Positions 51,912-64,000 of a stretch of DNA of 64,000 nt are shown in pieces (within the stretch, counting starts at the first letter, position 1; the number at the start of each line of letters is the position of its first letter). The translations under genes were made by a program, and so were the position numbers. The DNA comes from Dicyema japonicum (lineage: Eukaryota; Animalia; Dicyemida), in assembly GCA_011109175.1 (NCBI GenBank), contig RDEW01000008.1, positions 408,369-472,368 on the forward strand. The letters run 5' to 3'. The notes beneath the pieces were generated by a model. It was not told the origin of the DNA, made no database searches, and was given only the letters and a program-made list of their open reading frames with translations.

Positions 51912-52299
51912 TTATTTATCTGATTCGTCAACTGACTTGTCTATTAAATATTAACGAACACTCAACCTTCCTTGAAAGGTGACTGGATGCTGTCAGTAGA
52001 GGGAGAGATAGAGCTAAAGCTTTTGAATAGACTATCTTTACTCCATCCAGGACTCGAATACCCGCTTGACATAGATTCACGTATTTTCATAATTGAATCG
52101 AGGTTATAATGAATACGAGTTCCTCCCGGTGTGGTAGGGGGACGATGTTGCTTCAATTTTATATTTTCTATGTTTCGTCTAGGACGAGCCCTGACGGATA
52201 TAAATGGGCAATCTAAAATATGCATTATCTATTACCCGCCGATGTTTGGGAATAATTTTTGCTTTTTTGGTACTCCTCCCTTCTATTTTTCTCAGACAT
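51912..52299 (-). CDS. EIF4EBP: eIF4E-binding protein (4E-BP)-like
   Basis: PTTPGGTRIHYNLDSIMKIRES matches STTPGGTRIIYDRKFLM.CRNS; 23- and 26-nt GT-AG introns give an intact ORF of about 112 aa. Confidence 0.7.
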
Positions 52300-52897
52300 T
52301 TGATATTCGTGCGTGAAGTCTTATTTATATGCACTGTTTTGTCTATGACGCACACCCAAAAATGAATTCAAATGTTATACTATTACACCTGTGACGTGTC
52401 TGAATTATTTAACTTTTTATGTCACAAATTCGAGTGAGGGGACCACACATTCTAGCTTTAAACTTTAGTAGACTTTGGATAAATGAAGGACAGACAAGGG
52501 AAATCCTTAGAAAATATGAACTTTAATTCGACAAACCATAAATTGATTGGCCTTTCGAAAGCCACAAAGTTGAAGGACAACACTTTAAAGGAAAATTCCG
52601 AAATATTGGTGACATTAAAAGTAACTCCAATCCATTTTTCTGTATCTGCCAAAAACCTATTTGTCAGTGAATTTTTAGAACATTATACTCTGAAATATAA
52701 AATCACAGATAAGGAAATTATGTTTACCATGAACACTTGGATCAACCATAAATTGATTATCTTTACAAGTCGCAGAATTGGAGTACAAATTGTAATCCAA
52801 AATGTCTAAAATGACTAATAAAGCATAAATTTATAAACTCTTAAGTAACCCATAAATTAACATTTGTTATTACCAAATTATTGAAATTGCTAATAAA

Positions 52898-55684
<2,787 letters not shown>

Positions 55685-56785
55685 ATTCCGTTACTATGGA
55701 AACTGCTTACAAATTTAAAGACTTTCTCTCATTCAGCGGTTAATTCTCTAATATAAGGATGAGTCCATTAATTATTCATAATCTTTTTAGAAAAGCAGTC
55801 AAACAAAATATATAACTGTATTGGAGATAGAAGACCCCACAACGACAAGAGGATGCCGGAATCGACGAGGACGGGCATCCATAACGGGTTAGTTTTCTCG
55901 TATCTTGGATGATTTTGAGGCACTTGACAAACTCTAAGCACATGTGGTACTTACAAATACGATTACTTATCTTGGCATCAAATTATACTTGGCAGTCTAC
56001 GACTCTTGTCTCATCGCTATCCACGGACACATTCACAGAGTTAAGTCTTCCACTAACTCTCGAATCAGTCAATTAATAAAGGAAAGGCGCATTCTCAAGA
56101 GCCTTGGAAGATTTCTCACTTATTGGATAAATCCCCACACTCATTGCAGAGAGCGAATGGAAGTTCAACTCAAAAATAAAACACATGACAAAGCTTTAGA
56201 ATTTTGGAGGTGTGACGTTTTCCAAACTAATTCTTCTACCTCACATAGGTCTTATCAATATACAAAAATCATTCACGCAGATTATCAGAGATAATCCTCC
56301 AAGTTTTTTCAATTTTGACTGGACAGATCTCCACCACATTTTATAAGTTTACCCTTAAACAATCACAAACTTTATCTCTTTCCCGTTCCTGCTACCTTCG
56401 AGTCTTTGATAGCATCTCCACCCACTTTATGTTCTGTAAAATTGCCTTACTCCAGGATTTTCCACAACTGGGGATATGGATGTGATTCTTAGAAAAAAGC
56501 ACGTCTTAATCTGAGCATGAGAACTGTGAATACTTAATCAAGCCTAAATTAACTCTTAACCCCTTTCCATGGATTAGAAGATGTGACTATTTGACGTTTC
56601 TTGTTCTTCTTATGTCTCCCGAACTACTCCTATCGTTAATGTACCGCAGAAGAGAAAGAACAAATTACGGTCTTTGCGTAGCGAGATCTGCCAAGAAATT
56701 ATGCGACTAACAAACTCATTAAATAACTAAACTGAAGTGTTCATGCATTGTCAGGTCAAATTCAAAAAAGGAAAGGATAAAAAAC

Positions 56786-57858
56786 TCAAATAAGTCCCAA
56801 TTTAACAGCATCAGGTAATCTATTAATGGCAAGTCGACCATCATAACTAAGCGAAGCAAACATCCAGGGATCGGCGGCCGACCACTCAACACAGTAAACA
56901 CTATCCTCGTGATCCTGGTAGGTCTTTAGCAGACAATCCTGACTCATATCCCTAAGCATTATCAGCCATCTTACAGCTCATTGAACTCGTGTTCGTGCAA
57001 AAATAGGTCAGAACAGACGGAAACGATATTATGAAGCAACACAAGACCGTCCGACCCAGCAGAGAGGATGAGTTGGTCGTGGAATTTGTTAAAGTGAGCC
57101 TTCCACAACCAATGAGAGTGGTAAGATACATCCACTAAGGAGACGATGTATTTCTGACGTCCCACAACAACAGATGGCTATCGTCACCACCACGCATGAC
57201 CACGTGGGGACTGTTTGGATTGCTCTCCACACAGAGAACTACTCCTTCTTCTTCGATAACCCACGTGGGTTTATTAGGAATCCTTAAATCTCTTCCTTGG
57301 ATGAATGAATCTCCAGCCATTATGACACACGTAGACGTCATCCATCCACCAGAATAAACCTTTGAATGACCCAGACTGTGAGTTGTTGACTCCGAGCTCA
57401 AATCGAAGATAGAAAGGCCGTTGGAGGAGACAGAAAGGGGTCGTTGGTTGTCCCAATGAGTGCTGCGAGTAAGTCATTATCCACCTGCCTTATTATTCTA
57501 TCTTTCTGTTGCAATATTTGAGCTGAGAAGGTGAGGGATCCTTCCTCCAGGTTGCAGACGGAAGCGTAGAAGACACCTTCACTTTTCCAAGTGATTCCGA
57601 GATGTCCATTGGTGGAGGACGAAAGGTCACATACTTCACCATTGAACGGAATAACTCGTCCTCCGACTCCTTCACCCCATTCGTCAACACTGACCACATG
57701 AATCTGAAGATAAATTTAAAATTTACTTCGTTGGTATAATTTACTGATTCAGTTCCTACGATGAAATGAATTTGATCAGTGTCAGATTGGTCCGAAGTTA
57801 AGGCTCTCGCTTTTTTTTCCAGGCCATATATTAATGATGGAGAATCTGTCAACGACAT
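56786..57858 (-). CDS. EIPR1: EIPR1/TSSC1 WD40 protein
   Basis: [81 protein letters not shown]; frameshift near 57138. Confidence 0.92.
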
Positions 57859-57949
57859 AGTCTAATTAAAATTTGAATTTAAATTCGTTCATATGCTAAT
57901 TAATTATTTTAAAATAAAATTATAATGTTTAAAAATTAAACCGAACTCC

Positions 57950-58720
57950 TCACAACGTGGAATCACTCACTGCCCTTAACCAATTTATCCTTGAAGCCTT
58001 TAACACAAATTCTCGCCACCTCAAAACAGTCGTTTGCTCGATCGATTTACAAAAGGCCTTCGACTCTGTCTCCAAGAAAATCCTAACCCGGAAATTGTTT
58101 GGCTTTTCTGTCAACCCCAATATAAAACTTTGGCTTGCTAACTTCATCAATGGATGAAGGGCCCGGATATTTATGGATATTTATTTTCTGTTCTTAGCCA
58201 GATCCCTCAGTGTGTCCAGGTCGTCAGCAGATGCCAATGTTTTTTTACGGCTTTCAGATTGCCTTGTAAAACGACCGGGAGGGTTTTTCTTGGTCTTCCA
58301 CGAAAGTGTTTTACATCGGAGGATTCTATCTAATCTTGCTTTTAATAATTATTATTAATCCATAATCACAGAGTTAAACTTCCTAACTAAGTGAACCCAG
58401 ACTGACATGGGGGAGGTCCTATCCACGTGGACGAGAGTCCTAGATGGCTCTCCAGAAAGTACATGGAGTTATCTCAAAACTTGAGTGGTTTTTAAGGTAT
58501 TTTGTGATGACTTCATTAGTTAGTTAAGCAACCTCGGCTTCACTAGCTTGCAGGAGGCCAGCAGTTATTAGATAGGACGAATCAGATGTCGGTCGCTCCC
58601 ATAGATATGTCAGTCTGCAGAGCTCTCATTTCCTAATGGTCTCCAATTGGAGGTATCTTAGATTCCCAGTGAAGATGATCAATAGGTTGATCTGAGACAT
58701 ACAGTTATTGTTATTCCTTT
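57950..58720. mobile_element. LINE fragments in mixed orientation
   Basis: SIDLQKAFDSVS RT motif on +; family 3' end and thumb remnants on -. Confidence 0.7.
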
Positions 58721-58800
58721 AATAATAATTGGTTTTAAAGTAATATATTAATTTTATTATTTAATGTAAAGTATTCAAATAATTATTGCCTAGAAACAAA

Positions 58801-60449
58801 ATGGTATAAAATAATAGTAATCACAGCCTCCAAAAAAGGGAAAAAAGCGAAAGCAGCTGCGCCGGCTGTTATCATGGACGGGACCAGTGTCCAGGATATG
58901 ACCAAAGAACAAGTTTAACTAATTATATTATCGCAGCTGGAAACTCACATTTCACAGCTTCACGAAGAATTAGACAGGGAACGAGAAGAACGGAGCTATT
59001 TTCTATTAGATAAAGATAAAGTCAACGTGTTTTGGCAAATAACCAAAAGACAACTTGAAGAAAAGAAGACAGAACTAAGGAACAAGGACAGGGAACTAGA
59101 GGAGACTGAGGAAAGACATCAAACTGAAATAAAGGTGTTTCTATTGTAGATAGAATAGGTTTACAAACAAAAAGTAAAACATTTGCTATACGAACATCAA
59201 AACAACATTTCCGGGCTGAAGGCTGAAAATATGGTGGGCCTGAACTTGATGAAGGAAGAATACGACAACAACGAAATAAGCTTGATGAACGAAAAGGCTC
59301 AACTCCAAACAAAAGATGAGGGAGGCTGAGCTCTCCTATGAGGACATTATCAAGAATTTAAAGCTGGTTTGGTTTAGGTTTTTATTCAGAGTCGAGATGA
59401 GAGGGAAGCCAAGATGAAAGATACGTTTGATGACGAAATTCGCAAACTCGAAGAAAAGTACACAAAAAAGTTAAAAATTCAACGAGAAGAAATGGATTTG
59501 ACTAGAAAGAACGAGATCAACCAGGTTGAGGAGAGAAAAAACACTCAAATAACAGTGCTCATGAAGAACCACGAGAAAGCTTTCAGTGACATAAAAAACT
59601 ACTACAACGACATAACTCTGAACAATCTAGCCTTAATAAACACTCTCAAGGTACTGTAGTTTTATCACTGGAAGGACGAAATGGAGAAAATGAAGAAAAA
59701 AGAGGACCGGTTGAACAAACAGATGACTGAGGTCCTTAGTGAAAATAAAAGACTTCACGAGCCTCTACAGAAAGCCAAAGAAGACTTGGACGAACTGAAC
59801 AAACAACTAAAGTCCTACAACAAGGACAAAGAGACCCTTGCAGTATTATTCCATATAACCACGAGATCACCAAAAAACAAATCAAAAAGTTAACTGAGGA
59901 ACATCACAAGCTCCAGTATGAGTACGAGGTGATGGAACAGAGATTCACTATAGTAAGGACTTTATGAGATTTGGGTTGCCGACGAAAGAGACTCCCTTTA
60001 TAAGCACTTTGTAAGCGCGATTGAAGAAGTCAGACAAAAGTCAGGACTTAAGAATTTGGTGTTAAACAAAAAATTGGAGGCAATTCAGACTGTTCTTGAA
60101 AAGAAAGATGCTCAATTGGCTGAGATGCTCTCAGCATCCAACTTGGATCCTTCAGCAGTGAATTCGGTTCTTACTAAATTGGAGGTATTTGAATTTGCTT
60201 AATTTTCAGGATGTCCTCGACTCTAAGAATTCGGCAATCAAGGACCTACAAGGCCAACTCGCAAAAATGTGCAAGGTATACCATAAATGTGTTAGTTAGG
60301 CTCACAATGATCTCTCGAATGCATACGAGGCTAAGTTGGAGTTATTTGGAATAAGATCGGACGATTTGGGATTCAGGCCAATCAAAAATTTCCCATTGAA
60401 TAGAAATATCGGTAAAGGACCGGCAGGATTAGTTTCTAAACCGACATAA
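58801..60449 (+). CDS. GAS8: GAS8 / DRC4
   Basis: [75 protein letters not shown]; 9 tiny introns; indels near 58830 and 59312. Confidence 0.95.
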
Positions 60450-60529
60450 CACTTCTAACAAATCTAATAAACTGGTCACAACTCAAATTCTATTTTCTAG
60501 CCATCTTTGATATCAAACTCATTAAATTT

Positions 60530-61419
60530 TCATTCAAAGATTTCCGCTAAGCAGGAAAACAAAGTGATCCCGACAAATATGATGCAGGCTCTTTTTGAGA
60601 AGATTTCTTTCTTGACTAGAATCATCCTTCCGTACCAATAACTGATGTGTCTTTTAGGGAGATCTTGCTTCCGAATGACATTGCTGATGTATGCGGTAAA
60701 GCTCTCCAAGTATTAAAAACTATCCGTAAAATACCAATAATCAATTTTGAGAGAGAATAGTGATACAGTCAGGGTTTCTGCATTCACTTAGTGATTCTCA
60801 ATTTGATTATCTGAGACAAAAAATAAGAACTATAATTTGGGTATCTGAAAGTGCTTTTATTGATCCACGCCGACATAATTGACTCGACGTTGCTTCTCAC
60901 GATTCCAACTGAGATCAACTGGAGGAGCCATTGGGTTTAGGGACGTTGTGGGTTCTGAGTGTGGCCAAAAGTCCCAGGTTCTTGATAAAAGACAAAAACT
61001 TTCTGCTTCTCTAACCAGTTATCTCGATAGAAATTACACGGAATTAAACCGGTAGATATGGCCTTGGTATTTCTCTTCCTAAGCTTCTCCGCCTATCAAG
61101 CTGTGTTTAATTCCTTTAACGTGGTCCCATTAATGTTGGCAGGTAACAGAATCAACACAGATGACATGCTTGTGGCTTCTCTCCTTGAACGGAAATAAAG
61201 AATCATTTTGACAAAGTCTAGATAGAGAACAGGGATCACGGATGCCCGAATTCGACGTTTATCAGAAACTTGGTAATGAAACAGAGGAGGAAGTCGATTG
61301 CTTGGAGCTGTTAAATTTTCAGAAAACAAAGTGTCTTCCTAAGAACGTGGTCAATTTTTAAATTGACAGGGCGTTCCTCAGTATGTCCAGCATCTCCAAA
61401 GATAAGATATTAGCCTCAT
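60530..61419 (-). CDS. Putative uncharacterised gene with hydrophobic C-terminus
   Basis: Exon-like segments (LQAIDFLLCFITKFLINVEFGHP; ...RACIIFVGITLFSCLAEIFE*) linked by GT-AG mini-introns; full frame not resolved. Confidence 0.35.
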
Positions 61420-61503
61420 TGAAAATAAATTTAATTTTTTAAATATTTTATTTTATTTAAAAAATAATAGATCAGAATAAAACTTAAAAATAAATAAATA
61501 AAA

Positions 61504-62424
61504 ATGCCGATTTTAACTAGATCGAATGTTATCTGTGAAAAATTAGCACAAAAACTCGAATATCTTCAATTAGACAACACTGAACTTATTTCCAAGTGCA
61601 ATCAACTGTCATCTAAAATAAGGATCTTACAGCTCAGAATAAATCCGTTAACCACATCTCATTACCTTAGATCGAAACCGAAATCTCCAAATCCGAGGAA
61701 ACCCTAAAAGAAATGGAAATTGCAAACGATAATTTAAACGATGACTTCCGAATGAAGAAGGACCTCCTTTCTGAAGGACTCAATTACTTGGAAGCAACTG
61801 AGAGGTAACCCAACAGTAATTTTAGACAAATCGTAATTTTGACCGAAAAGAATGAACTTCTCGCTAAAAGAAACCAGCAAATTATAAAAGAGATTGACTT
61901 CTTGACGGAGAAGCTAATGAAAGACAATGAAGACTACAATTCAGTAGTTCGGTGGTTCATGTCGTAGTTCGTTGAAAGTAAACAGGAAATAGATGACAGA
62001 GTCTCGCATTGTGAGGAGAAGCTCAGCCATTTGCAGATGTTGACATGTTCTATCATTCAAGGGAATACAATAAACAAATGGAGGAGATCGAAACCTGTAT
62101 CCAAGATCAGCTGAGTCTGGAGGTTCTAAAAAACCGAGTCGGTCTTCGTTCTAATAATTAGATGAACTCTAATAAAAACAGACTCTCAGAAATTGCGACC
62201 GGTTTGACTCAACAGCTCACAAAAGTTTGTATATTCAGCGAATTTTAGTTGAATGAAGAATCCAAAAATTTGGAACGAAAAAATGATTCCCTTGAAGACA
62301 AAATAGCCGACATTGAGTGTAACGTTAATTTTAATTTGTGGTCTATTTGAGGGAAAAAAGGGATGAAGTAAAGAACCTGAATCAGACGTTGGATGACTAC
62401 ATAGCCAAAGTGAACGAAATATAA
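61504..62424 (+). CDS. Tropomyosin-like coiled-coil protein
   Basis: Heptad-rich exons joined by 21-39-nt introns, ending EKRDEVKNLNQTLDDYIAKVNEI*; three apparent single-base indels. Confidence 0.55.
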
Positions 62425-64000
62425 AATTGATTTTAATGGAATTTTATCTTTTGTGGTTAACCAAATAATTCATTTTCTTGCGATAATGGTATTTTCAATC
62501 CCTGTTAGGAAATTTCATAGAATCCCCCACAAGTGAGAGCATATCAAATTGATTTCGGTAGAGTATTTAATAATATTGGTCTTCTTAATCATTTTATTGA
62601 ATTTAATATTATTAAACTCCCTTAGTTAATTCTATTGATTCCCCGGTATAATTGATGGAACTCTCAGCTGGGAAGTCACTGGGTTTGTGAGTGTAACTAG
62701 ACGTCCCAGTCTCACGAAAAGACAGTTGTCTCCACAAAAATAGTTTGGAGCATGAATTGATCTATTTTCAATAAATCGTTACTGAAATACAATTTTAGAA
62801 TCTGTTCAGCTACGTCTTCTATGACGACATGCGTACAGTCGACCCTCGCAAATTGGCAATTTTTGTTTCCTAGAATTTTGTGGTTCATTTGAAGAAATAA
62901 AATCAACAATTTAAACAAATAATTAAAAAAATGCTTTAAATGAACAAAAAAACGTATTTAAGCTTTATTACAATAAAGTTTTTTATTTCCTTCGATAATA
63001 CTTGCTTTGTTTTATTTTATTGAAGAAATTAGAGAAACTCCATGTTCATTCTCGACACTGGCTAAGAGTTGCCTCTACAGATAATCTAACTACAGGTCTT
63101 ATGTTTTCCGATTCTTGTTCACTATTTTCTGATCTTCTAATTAATTTTAATTTAATAAAAAATGCAGCCTTGGTAATATTAAGGTATCATTCAGAAAACC
63201 ACCTAGAAAATTGATTTTCCGAAGATGCCTTTAGGCTTTACCACCTCCATCCATTCTACCAACTTCTCTTTAAGCTTTGGAAACTTTGGTTTATTTGCAG
63301 TTTTAAAGGACGGTTGATATTTTGTAGAATTTTTCAAAATAGTGTCTTTCTACAGTAAAAGATTATTATTGTTTTTCTCGATGCAGTCTTTCGATGCAAG
63401 TGCGAGAATATATCAGCCATCTGATGACACGAAATAGCATCACTTTCTTTATAATTTACAGTTTGAGTTTTTTCATTAATAATAAGGCGAATATAGTGTC
63501 CACGAGAAGCATTTTAAGACATGTGTTAATAAAATTTTATTAAAAATTATGGGCAATTTAAAAAATGGCCAATTAATAAGGAGAATAGGATTTTCATAGA
63601 AAATTTTCAAAATATGACCAATTTGCGAGATCTTCTGCCTTCTTTATTAATTCATACACCAATGTGACACAATATTGGTGAATTGGTCCATATTTCATAG
63701 ATTGCTTACAACATATTTGTGTGAATACCCAATTTGTAATCTTATTGTCTTGTTTCTGATTGTGGCATCCTTCATCGAAAATATCTTTTAAATATCCTCT
63801 GATTTATAGGCACAGTTGGGATGATGTAGAACTAAGTTATGTAAAAACTTGGGATTGGGATTCCTCGCGAATCTGAAGCAGCAATACACTCTTCTAAATT
63901 TTTATGTCCACCGGATAATCAAAATACCATAATAGTGAATTGGACCTCTGAAATATCTTCAATAGCATTCGCAGAGATGGAATTGTAGAAGCAGATCTAT

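Noticed and set aside
55700-56700. Gene between IQCA1 and EIPR1 (also 52450-52810 and 62600-64000)
   Set aside because: Exon-like with possible mini-introns, but I could not establish a consistent frame or homology.

Overview
AT-rich eukaryotic (metazoan) genomic DNA, not prokaryotic. Host genes are split by very short spliceosomal introns (about 70 inferred by hand, mostly 21-27 nt, longest about 39 nt), so the ORF track fragments them. With a metazoan GCM factor and motile-cilium genes, this fits a miniaturised ciliated animal such as a dicyemid mesozoan (inference only). Genes reconstructed: TYW1 (3' end), a LysM protein, GCM, an Ig-superfamily protein, MsrB, SLC37, FAM177, MTMR3/4-like myotubularin, CDK10, 4E-BP, IQCA1/DRC11, EIPR1, GAS8/DRC4, a tropomyosin-like coiled coil, and a few unidentified genes. 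The first ~41 kb is mostly decayed transposons (pogo/Tigger, hAT, RTE, jockey/I-like LINEs, CRE-clade REL elements, SINE-like repeats); 42-64 kb is gene-dense. The assembly has a 929-N gap, single-N junctions with duplicated flanks, and single-base homopolymer indels in conserved genes, so any anomaly needs read or RNA confirmation. Best leads: three 22-nt introns that appear to end in TG/GG instead of AG, a candidate 15-nt intron, a dispersed ~200-nt repeat family with a pseudoknot-like fold, and a tRNA-head/RTE-tail SINE.
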